Assembly: GCF_004010195.1 (NCBI RefSeq)
Contig: NC_057718.1
Coordinates: 70,291,382 to 70,355,381 of the forward strand
Reading direction: 5' to 3'
Source of the DNA: Chiloscyllium plagiosum
Taxonomy: Eukaryota
DNA length: 64,000 nucleotides
A program made the translations under genes and the position numbers. This document shows positions 25,783-36,859 of the stretch, piece by piece (position 1 is the stretch's first letter; every line of letters starts with the position of its first letter). The notes below the pieces were generated by a model, which ran no database searches, had not been told where the DNA came from, and saw only the letters and a program-made list of their open reading frames with translations.

Positions 25783-27077
25783 CGGCTGGAGAGGAATTTG
25801 TGAATTGTGTAAAGGAAATTTTCTGATTATCTAGTCTAAATGTTCTTGAAGTCTTGCTGCATGCAGACTGCTTCAGTGTTTTAGGAGGTGTGATTTTTAC
25901 TGAATATTTTACAATCATCAGCAAATATCTCAGTTCTGATCTTCTGATGCCAGAAGGTAATTTAGACAGCTGAAGATAGTCAGTCCAAAGAAAATGCACT
26001 GAGGAGCATATATAATGATATGTGGTTGAAATAGAAATCTAGAGACTGAACATGAGAAATTCCAGCTGTAAAACTTGAAGTTCACCTAATAAATTTGGAG
26101 TTAAGTTGTTTGTCTCAGGACTACAATCCAAATGTTGCAATCCAAAATCCAACTGATTCACTCCTATCCTTCATGGTAGGAAATTTATTACACAGATCTG
26201 CATGCAGCAGAAGTATCCTAAGTGTAGCTAAGTAATCACACAATTAAGGCTGTAAAGCAAACTTTTGTATCCAGTTATGAATGGTACAATAATTGAATAA
26301 ATAACCACAGGAGAATACTTCACAATAGCAACAAATTCATGGTTGGCAACACTTAAACTTCTATGAAATGCCTAACATGTTTCTCTGTTAAAAGTGCCAT
26401 AAAAATGTGATTTGTCACAAATGACAAATAATTCTGAAGTAGTTATTGAGTTCTATATTAGCTGCAAAGTTTTAATTTATGTAATAACAGTCTTTACAAG
26501 ACTGGATGTTGTACATGTGGATAATCACCACAGTGACAATGAAAGTTCATGGAAGAGTAGAGTGGTGTATTGTACCTCAGCATAATTTTGCTTAAAGATA
26601 AGTGAAGTGAACCAAGTCAGGGTTCCTGGCATCTCCGAAAGTATCATTATGGGGCCATTGCTGGAGATTTCCTGGCTATGATTCAAAAGTCAAGAATGGG
26701 ATAAAATAAGGGCAGGTCCACTCAGTTGGACAGAAAAAAAAAGAGGTATTGGAAGAACATAATGCTTCAGTAGCTACAGAACGTGCAAGAAGGACCAGCA
26801 AGGCTAGTGCATCTTGGTAATAGTTGCAGAAGATGTTATTTATGATTTTGATTGGACCCATTTTTGGGGTAGAAACCTGATGCATGTAACAGCAGTCCTG
26901 TAGCTTTCACCTTCTACGCAGCATACTTCATCTGAGGTACCGGATAAAGTAAGATATCCTGTTGCTGGTCTTCAACCAACGAGGTTCTAACATGATACTG
27001 AGAATTATGCAGAAGTAATTCTAGTTTTCTCATTTTCAGTTCATTACCACTGCTTGCGCTAATGTGTATCTTGGGGA

Positions 27078-27295
27078 TAGTGAGGACTGCAGATGCTGGA
27101 AAGTCAGTAGATAAAGTGTGGAGCTGGAAAAAGCACAGCAGGTCAAGCGGCATCAGAGGAACAGGGGAGTCAACGTTTCAGATCAAAACCTTTCATCAGT
27201 CCTGATGAAAGGTTCTAACTTGAAACATCAACTCCCCACTCCTCTGATAGTGTTGACCTGCTTTGCTTTTTCCAGCTCCACACTTTATCCACTTT
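27078..27295. mobile_element. Palindromic Penelope-terminus element with two back-to-back hammerhead cores
   Basis: Centre TTCATCAG-TC-CTGATGAA at 27192-27209. Arms gataaagtgtggagctggaaaaagc / gctttttccagctccacactttatc. Confidence 0.8.
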
Positions 27296-27453
27296 ATCTT
27301 CCATATTGTCAACTCACCTGGTTAATAAATGTTAATCCACTGTAGTTCTTTGATAGTACAATAACTGTGGCAAAGATAGTCAATATATTTATCAACTAGT
27401 ACAGTACTGATGTTTCATCAAGTAATATTTGAGTACTATGTGGTATTTTACAG

Positions 27454-27616
27454 AAACGTCGCATGGCACAACAGCAGGAAGTGCTAAAGAAGGAAAAGGA
27501 CACTTCAGATAAGATTGCAGCCCGTGCATTTGCCCAAACATATTTAGCTGACCTAATTCCTACAGTTTTCAGCACTCTTCGGGATAATGGTTACTTCTAT
27601 GATCCTGTGGAGAGAG
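27454..27616 (+). CDS. RSPH3: RSPH3 coding exon, 163 nt, phase 0->1
   Basis: ttttacAG / GTttg. Translates KRRMAQQQEVLKKEKDTSDKIAARAFAQTYLADLIPTVFSTLRDNGYFYDPVER. Confidence 0.96.
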
Positions 27617-30014
27617 GTTTGCCTTTAACATATTTTATAGTCACACTAATCTTTGCAAAGAAATGTTGCTTAAATTTATTCTTCTAACAAATAGATTCAG
27701 TTTGGGAATTATTAATCTCTTTACTTTGTTACTCCTTTTGCATCTTCCCTTCCTGTGAGTGCCCTCCCTTATTCTGTTTCTACTGTTTCTCCTTCCCCCA
27801 TACTGAAACTGGCCCTCCCTTTATTTCACTGACACCGCAAATGCTCTGCTGTTCCACATCCCATCCCCGCCATAAAAACAAATTCTCATTTTCTATCAAG
27901 TATTGTACTATGTTTCTCATCATGATGATGTATTCACTGCTTCCATCTTCTGCCTATGTAATGAGTACCTCTAATCATTGGTGATGTTAACTATTTAAAA
28001 TTATTTTCTCTTTTATTTTAAGCTGGTATAGGCCATTTGGCCCCTCAACCTTGCTCCAGCATTCAGTAAGATCACAGCTGATCCGACATTCCTCCTCGTC
28101 GACATTCCTCGACTTTCTCTCCCCTTTCCTTGCAACCCTTAATTCCCCTAACCAATCAAGAATCTATCCACTTTGGCCTTGAATATACACAACAAGTCTG
28201 CGCACACATTTCTCTGTGGCAAGAAGTTCCAAAAATGCTCAACTGTCTGAAAGAAGAAATTTCTCAGTCAGAACTCAAGATGTGGTCTCACGAGCACCTT
28301 GTACAGTTGCAGTATGGGTGGCCAACTCTCATACTCCAACCCTCTTAAGATAAAGGCCACCATAATATTAGTATTCCTAATTGCCTGCTGTGTGTTTTGT
28401 GTTTTGTGCACAAATGCCCCCAGGTCCCTTTTGTTTTTCAGCTTTCTGCAGTATTTTTCTCCATTTTAAATAATACTCTGTTCTATGTTTTCCCTTCCAA
28501 AATGAATACCTTCACATTTTCCCACATTATACTCCCAACTGCATACTTTTCGTCCACTTACTTAACATATTAATATCTCTCTGTTAGCTGTCTGTTTCCT
28601 TCTTACAACCTGTCCTATTTTTGTGTCATTTTCAAATTTGACTACAGAACATTGACTTCCTTCTCCAAATCATAAATATATATATATAGTAAACAGTTGT
28701 TGTTCCAGCACTAACCACTGTCGAATCGGGGTCACCAATCTAAAGAAGGACCCCTGATCCCTACTGTCTATTTTCTGCCTATTAGCCAATTCTTTATGCA
28801 TGCCAATATACAACCTCCAACTCCATGAGTTCTTATTTTATGACTTAATCTTTTGTGAGGTATCTTGTCAATCGCCTTCTGAAGTCCAAATACAATACAT
28901 TTACTGGTTCCCCTTTATCCATTCTGGTTGAGACTTCTCCATAAAATGCTAATAAATTATTCAGACATCATTTCCCTTATACACTTAATTAGATTATGAT
29001 TTTCCACATGTTCTGCTTTTATTTCCTGAATAATTGATTCCAATACTTTCCCAGCACTTGATGTTTGGCCACTCGGCTTATGTTTACCTACTTTTTGCCT
29101 CCCTTCCGAATGAGTAGAGGTGTCACATTGGTACTTTTCCAACATCTGGTACTTCTCCAGAATCCAAGGACCTTTGGATCAGAGAAGGCTGAGTGGTGAT
29201 GTTATTGAGGTATACAAAATTGTGAGGGGTAGAAGATAGAACCTGTTTCCCTTGGCAGACAATTCAAAAACCAGGAGTCACAGATTCAAGCTAAATGGTA
29301 GAAGGATTGGAGGGGATATGAGGATAAACATTTTCATGCAACAGTTGTGTAGAATTTGCTGCCTGAGTTGCTGGTGGAGGCAGAGACCTTAAACTCCTTT
29401 TTCAAAAAGTACTAGGATCTGCAACTAGATCAGCAGGGCTATAGGTTGTGTGCAGGAAGATGGGATTAGAAAGGGCATCTAGATGTCTTTGAATCATAGA
29501 GTAAAGAGATGTACAGCATGGAAACAGACCCTTTAGTCTAACTCGTCCATGCCGACCAGATATCCTAATCGTATCTAGTCCCATTTTGCCAGCACTTGGC
29601 CCTTCCTATTCATATAACCCTTCCTATTCATATAACCATCCAGATACCTCTTAAATGTTAGAAGTGTGCCTACCCCCATCACTTCCTCTGACAGCCCATT
29701 CCATACCTACACCATGGAAAGGTTGCCCTTTAGGTCTCTTTTAAATTTTTCCCCTCTCATCCTAAACCTATGCTCTCTAGTTCTGGATTCCCCCATCCCA
29801 GGGAAAAGATCTTGTCTATTTATCCTATCCCTCATGATTTTATGAACCTCTTTAAGGTCACCCCTCCGCCTCCAACGCTCCGGGGAAAACATCCTATTCA
29901 ACCTCTCTGTGTAGGTCAAATCCTCCAACTCTAACAACATCTTTAAATTTTTACTGAACCCTTTCAAATTTCACAACATCTGTCCTATAGGAAGAGACCA
30001 GAATTGCACACAAT

Positions 30015-30168
30015 GATCTCTCCATGCTTCAGGCTCTATGCCTTTATTCCTGATGAAGGGCTTTTGCCCGAAACGTCGATTTTGCTGCTCGTCGGATGCT
30101 GCCTGAATTGCTGTGCTCTTCCAGCACCACTGATCCAGAATCTGGTTTCCAGCATCTGCAGTCATTGA
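30015..30168 (+). mobile_element. Penelope 3'-terminal fragment
   Basis: Same family as the arms of 14037-15325. Confidence 0.82.
30046..30081 (+). ncRNA. Minimal type I hammerhead ribozyme motif, sense within an RSPH3 intron
   Basis: CTGATGA 30050-56, extra A, stem II GGGC-TTTT-GCCC, GAAA 30070-73, C-GTC 30074-77. Confidence 0.72.
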
Positions 30169-31406
30169 TTAGGTAAAAACAATGTCCTGTACAGATGCAA
30201 CGTGACCTCCCAACTCCCCTACTCAGTGCTCTGACCAATAAAGGAAAGCATACAAATGCTGCCTTCACTATCCTATCTACCTGTGACTCCACTTTCAAGG
30301 AGCTATGAACCTGCATTCCCAGGTCTCTTTGTTCAGCAACACTCCCCAGGATCTTAGCATTAAGTGTATAAGTCCTGCTCAGTTTTGCTTTTCCAAAATG
30401 CAGCACCTCCCATCTACTACTCCTCAGCCCCTTGATCTCAAGATCTCTGAGGTAACCTTTTTTGATGTCCACTACACCTCCAATTTTGGTGTCATCTGAA
30501 AACTTACAAACCATACCTCTGATGTTCCCACCCAAACCATTTATGTAAATGACAAAACGTAGTGGACCCAGCATCGATCCTTGTGGCACACCACTGGTCA
30601 CAGGCCTCCAGTATATGCAACCCTCCAAACACCTCCCACTGTCTTCTACCTTCAAGCCAGTTCTCTATCCAAATGGCTACTTCTCCCTGTATTCCATGAG
30701 ATCTAACCTTGTTAACCAGTCTACCATGAGGAACCTTGTCAAACACCTTACTGAAGTCTATGTAAATCACATCCACTGCTCTGCCCTCATCAATCCTCTT
30801 TGTTACTACTTCGAAAAACTCAATCAAGTTCGTGAGACATGATTTCCCACACAAAGCCATGTTGACTATCCCTAATTAGTCCTTGACTTTTTAAATCCTT
30901 TCCCTCAGGGTTCCCTCCAACAACTTGCCCACCACTGATATCAGGCTCACCAGTCTATGGTTCCCTGGCTTTTCCTTACCACCTTTCTTAAATAGTGGCA
31001 CCACGTTAGCCAGCCTCCAGTCTTCTGGCACCTCACCTGTGACTATCGATGAGAGTTCTAGGTCCCGATCAGGTCCTCGGGATTTATCCACTTTGATGCG
31101 TTTTAAGACATCCAGCACCATCTCCTCTGTCATATGGATTTTTTAAAGATGTCACCATCTATTTCCCCACATTCTGTATCTTTCCAGCATGGACAAGATG
31201 GGCTGAACCTCCCCCTTCTGTGCTATGTTAATTCTATGGTTCTAGCTCTGTAGCTGCTTCTTTTAGGATCCTTGGATGTAAGCCTTCAGTGGCAGAGGAC
31301 TTATCTACCTTTTGGTTCCATTAGTTTGTCAAATACTACTTCTCTAGTAATGGTAATTGTACTTAAATCCTCTCTGCATTCATCCAAACTAATGGGAAGT
31401 TCCAAG

Positions 31407-34207
31407 TGTAATGATTGTAACAAGGTTAGCCAGCTGGACTCATAGAATATGAGTTGCCTAATTGGGGCTGTTAATGTGCTCCAATCAGAGAGGCCTTGCT
31501 AACAGCCCGTTCCATATCCGCACCACCCTCTGCATGGAAAAGATGCCCCTTAGGCTCCCAGAAAAAAGGGGTGTCTCAGAGAAACTGCCACTCTGAGAGC
31601 TGACTGAATGAGGCAGTACTAAAGTCAAGGATAGTCCATGTGTAACTAAAGGATGATTTAGTGACAGGATACTGGCTCCTGTGGTTTATTGATGATCAGA
31701 GTAAAGACTGAAGAAGCCTGCTCGCAACAGTCCTCCTTGAGTTGGGGTAAGCATTTCTTACATCATACTTTTGTTTGGGAAACTTGACTTGTTCAACCTT
31801 GCCATCGAGGACTGAGCCCAGTATGTGAAAAGGATGTGTTATTTTTTCTGGGCAAATAATATTGAGGCACACAAAAAGTAAGGAGTAATTCTCCTGACAG
31901 TCCGTGGAGCCGCAGTTTTACTATTACTAAGAGCCGGACTTTGCCTAAGGTATAAGATACTAAAACCTTTCAAGAGTTGACAGACATAGTTAAGGAATAT
32001 TACAGTCCCAAGCCACCTCTAATTCTGAAACGCTATGGGCAATGTAAGAACATGGGGAATCTGAATCAGAATTTTTGACTCGGTTAAGATGACTGATAGA
32101 AGCTTATGACTTTGGTTTAACCCTAAAGGAGATATTGAGAGAGCATTTGGTATGCGGGATTAATGATGTGACTATGCAAAAACATCAACTATGCGAAGCC
32201 CAACTGGACTTCAGACGGATGCTACAACTCACTTTATCATTGGAAAATGTTGTAAGTTGAGAATATGGGTTGCAGGCTATTCTGATGGAAGTGGACATCT
32301 TTGCTGATCTGACTGAGCTTAGGGAACACCACTTGAGTTAAGACAATTGCATAGCCTCACTCCTGTTCAGAAGGACTCTACGTTGACCCACAGAAAAACC
32401 CCAAAACAAAGCCAAGCCTCAGCCAAACGGTTAAAAATTTTTTGAGGATCTGGGCCAGCAAGCCATTGTAGTTGCTGCTGGCATGTGGACTCTAGACAGC
32501 TAAAGAGTCCTACAAAACCTAAATTGAATAAAGAGAGTTCATATCCTGGAAACTCCACCTACAGCTGACTTGGAATGACTGAATTGCTGAACAACATCCA
32601 AATTAGAACCAATCAAAATAAATTATGGCTAAATGGTCATCTGATTTTAATGGAGGATGATACCGGTGTGGCCATATCAGTGGTCGCAGAACCAGTTTTT
32701 AAACAAAATTCACTCTGGACTTCAGCCCTTAAATTTGCAAAAGACCTTGCTTAGACTAAGATCCTAAACCAGGAAACCTTTACAGATTAATGGTACAACT
32801 TCAGTTCCAGTTTCTTACGAGAAGCAGCTGATGCAGTTACCAGTGATTGAAGTAAAAAGCTTGAATCTGGTTGAGGAAGATTCACCTTAGTTGATTTTCA
32901 ATTTTCAATTAGAAAACTGGGTGGCACGGTGGCACAGTGGTTAGCACTGCTGCCTCACAGCGTCAGAGACCCGGGTTCAATTCCTGCCTCAGGCGACTGA
33001 CTGACTGTGTGGAGTTTGCACATTATCCCAGTGTCTGCATGGGTTTCCTCTGGGTTTCCTCCCATAATCCAAAAATGTGCAGGTTAGGTGAATTGGCTTG
33101 GCCATGCTAAATTGCCCATAGTGTTAGGTGTAGGGGAATGGGTCTGGGTGCGTTGTGCTTCGGCAGGTCAGTGTGGACTTGTTGGGCCGAATGGCCTGTT
33201 TCCACAACTGTAAGTAATCTAATCTAAAATGACTGCCTGAGTAAAGTCCAAGTTAAATACCTGGAATTCTTCCAGGAAGGTCTAGGAATTATTAGAGGCG
33301 CCAGGACCACCTTTCATGTTGATCAGGAGGCAAGACCTGCCTAGTGTCACTTGCCTTATGGGCAAAAGTAGAAGCAGAAGTCAGAAGGCCAGAAAGTTAA
33401 AGGAATCATCAAACCAATCCAATTTGTAGAATGGGCAACACTGGTCATACGAAGTTTGGAGCCCGACAGGTCAATTTGCCTTTGTGGGGATTTTAAACCA
33501 AATGCTAAGCTGCTTTTCTCAGCTGGAGGCTCACAAATCCTCCCTCAGGGGATTTTGTACACAGGGGACCAAGTGATGTATAAAGTTCAGGTCAGGGCAA
33601 TGGTCCTGAACAAGTACATGGGCCATATGAAAGGCACAAATTCACAAGCAGTGTGGGAGCAAAATATGCCCTATCCCTCAGACAGTCTGAAAGGCTACCA
33701 AAACTGTGGTTCACCCTCTCCATCAAGCGTTGATGAATCCTCAGAACTGGAGACCAACAAGATGGATGTAGCCACCTCAGCATCTTTGCAGCTGGAAGAA
33801 GAGAGTAAAATTCTATCGCGGCACTTCTGGTGCAAAAGGCAAGCTCCTGTGTGTTCCTCGCTACCCGTATTGGAAATAGAGTCCAAGGAATCTGACCCTG
33901 TCCTAAAACACCCTGAGGGGTCCAAGATAAATGATCAGCCTATGTCCTCAAACTCTGACAGGGAGGGAAGTATTGATTGTAATGAGGGTCAGCCAGCTGG
34001 ACATTATAGAATGAAGTCGGTTTAGTAAATGACCTCAGAGTAAAAGATCCCCCTAGGATCCCCCTACTCATTATAGAATGAGTTCCCTGATTTGGGCTGC
34101 TAGATAAAAAGGGGAGTGTCAGAGATACTGAGGCAGTCCTCAAGTTAAGGACTGTTCATGTGTAAATGAAGGGTGACTAGGTGACTGGCCTCTGAAAAGT
34201 TATTTCA
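31407..34207 (+). mobile_element. Internally deleted Gypsy LTR retrotransposon with two diverged LTRs (~31407-31690, ~33969-34207); HE1 SINE at 32918-33227
   Basis: The LTRs share gattgtaa..agccagctggac..atagaat..ttatt. Gag-like start LFGKLDLF..ED*AQYV, protease MEDDTGVAISV (~32650), RT start LCGDFK, then a deletion to the integrase tail. PPT agggagggaag at ~33960. Confidence 0.82.
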
Positions 34208-34323
34208 GAAGTATCTTCCCCGATAAAGACTGCTGCAGAATATCTGTTTAACTCCTCTGTGCTTCCTTGTTCCTCATAATTATCTGCTCAGATTACTTTT
34301 CTGAGGGGAATATGTTCACTTTG

Positions 34324-34460
34324 CATCTGAGAAGCAGGAGAATCGACGTTTCGGAAAAAAGCCCTTCATTGATTCTCCTGCTCCTCAGATGCTGCCTGAC
34401 CAGCTGTGTTTTTCCAGCACCACACTCTAATCTCCAGCATCTGCAGTCCTCACATTCATC
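34324..34460. mobile_element. Short inverted Penelope-terminus element, 13-bp TSD
   Basis: TATGTTCACTTTG at 34311-34323 and 34461-34473. Confidence 0.8.
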
Positions 34461-34710
34461 TATGTTCACTTTGACCTCTTTCTTTTTATATTCCTTGCTA
34501 GTTTGCCTTTGTAATTTATTTTCTCTGCCTTTATTATCTTTTTAGTTTTCCTTTTGGACTCTATATTTATCCCAGTCTTTGGGGCTACTGCTGATTCTCA
34601 CCTCCTTTTATATGCCATTCTTAGCCATGGTTGGTGTATAACTCTCTTAGAATCTTTCCCCATTACTGGTGTATAATTTTGCTGAGAATCATGTGCTACC
34701 TCTTCAAATG

Positions 34711-34796
34711 ATGAAGGGCTTATGCCCAAAACGTCAATTCTTCTGCTCCTCGGATGCTCCCTGACCTGCTGTGCTTTTCCAGCAACACACTCTCGA
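34711..34796 (+). mobile_element. 86-bp Penelope-terminus insertion starting at the hammerhead core, 15-bp TSD
   Basis: CTACCTCTTCAAATG at 34696-34710 and 34797-34811; (tg)atgaagggcttatgcccaaaacgtc. Confidence 0.8.
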
Positions 34797-36312
34797 CTAC
34801 CTCTTCAAATGTTTGCCACTGCTTGCTTACTGTCTTTCCTGCCAATCTATCTGCCCAGTCCACAGTAGCTTGCATTATGCCAATTTCATTAGAATTCCCT
34901 TTTATTTAAGTTAAACACATTTGTTTCAGATAAAATTTCTCTACACAAACTGAATATTAAATTCTAGCATGTGTGACTACTATTCCTAGGGGGATCTTTT
35001 ACTCTGAGGTCATTTACTAAACCTACCTCATTACCACATCCAGGGTAGCCTGTTTCCTGGTTGGCTCATGAATATTGCACCATGACACTATCCCTAATAC
35101 ACTGAGTTTGTTATTGTAGCTATTCTTCCAAATTGATTTATCCAATCAGTATGAAGATTGAAGTCACCTATAGTCATTGCTCTATTCTTTTTGCTACCCT
35201 TTCCTACAGTGAGGCTACTGTTTTGAGAGCGGGGTGTTGTCTATGCACTACTCCTACCAGTGATTTCTTTCTCTTGCTGTTATTTCCTTCCACCAAAGTG
35301 GACTGTACGTCATCTGAGGCTAGATCATGTCTCACAAACTGTCCTTATTTCATCTTTTCTTAACAAAGCTGCCCCACCACCTTTTTTCTTATCCTCCTGC
35401 CATTCTGAAAGAAATATCCCTGAATGTTAAGTTCCCAGTGCCTCTGTAATGGCTAAGAAACCATACCCATTTACCTCAGTTTGCATCGTCAATTTGTCAA
35501 ATTTCTGAATGCGTAATGCATGAAGATACAAGGCTTTTAGGCTTGCCTTTTTGCCATTTTTAATCATCCTAACTTTTCTTTTGGGCCTATTTGCCTCCCA
35601 TTCTTGTCTACCATTTCTACCATTTTTGCATTTGGTTCTTCCTTTTTATAACTCTCCTTGTTTCTCCTTCCTTTGTCATCCTGCTTAGGTTCCCCTGCCC
35701 ATACTTTAGTTTAAAGCAAATACTTTCCCTCAGACATCAGTTCAGGTCCTGCAAAGATAGAACGCGTTCAATTTCTACTGATCCCTGTCCCACCCAATAT
35801 CCTAGGAATTTGAAATCCTCCCACTTGCACCATCTCACAGCTCCATATTCAATGATGCATCTTTTTATTTCAACATTGAATAGGATATTGTACCGGTTCA
35901 TCCTGCAATCACTGTCTTTCAACTTTGTTCCTAACTCTCGATATTCAGCTTTTAGAACCTCATCCCTTTAACCATAGCCTATGTTTAACTGATATGTACC
36001 ACAATCACTGGCTGTTCACCCACCCCCCCAGAATGTCCTGTTACCACTCTGAGATATCGTTGACCCGAGCACCAGAGAAATAATGTGGAGTCTCATTTGC
36101 TGCCACAGAAATGCCTATTTATTCCAGTATTCCAGTATTCTCCTCCTCTCCCATGAAGTTGAGCTAACTCTGGTGTGACAAGTTTAGCTGTACATGTCTG
36201 CCCTAAGAAGCCATTCCACTGCCACTCTCCCACCCCACCCCCAATCATTCTTATCCAGAGTGGTATATCTGTTTTTCAGGGAAATAGCCACAAGTGGTTT
36301 CTGCACTGCCTA

Positions 36313-36527
36313 TGGGCGGCACGGTGGCACAGTGGTTAGCACTGCTGCCTCACAGCGCCAGAGACCCGGGTTAAAGATGTGCAGGTCAGGTGAATTGGCC
36401 ATGTTATATTGCCCGTAGTGTTAGGTAAGGGGTACATGTAGAGGTATGGGTGGGTTGCGCTTCGGCGGGGCGGTGTGGACTTGTTGGGCCGAAGGGCCTG
36501 TTTCCACACTAAGTAATCTAATCTAAT
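36313..36527 (+). mobile_element. HE1-type SINE with internal deletion
   Basis: The head is joined directly to aagatgtgcaggtcagg; the V-domain is missing. Confidence 0.88.
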
Positions 36528-36859
36528 CAAATCTACCTCGTCCTTTTACTCTGCTTGGTGATCACCCATTCCCTTTATGTCTATGGTGTCTTAGCCTGCG
36601 GTGTGACCGCTTCTTTATATGTGCTAACCACTATACTCTCAGCTTCACTGCTGTGGCTCCATCGCCAAAACCCATGCTTCGAGGATCTGCAGCTGGAGAC
36701 ACTTCTGCACATGTGCTGGCCCCATGAACTGGAAACATGCACAGATTCCCACATAGAGTAGGAGGAGAAAGTAAACAGGAGAGCTTTGACTGTCCTGCCA
36801 TGACTTATCCCTTTGGATTAAACCTTTTAAAGGGCCAATAAGACTAAGAGGAATAACAG

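Larger units (their letters stand above)
29490..31185 (-). mobile_element. Younger CR1 RT/3' fragment
   Basis: GKSCLTNLIEFFE, DFSKVFDKVPH, WRPVTSGVPQGSMLGP and FSDDTK. Confidence 0.92.
28020..36830 (-). mobile_element. Old near-full-length CR1 LINE fragmented by nested insertions
   Basis: Minus-strand 3' end at ~28020 and RT fragments (GKVLESII) to ~29180. Continues at ~31245-31406 and 34208-35550, with ORF1-like remains (SYSMWE..HMC) at ~36000-36800. Confidence 0.65.
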
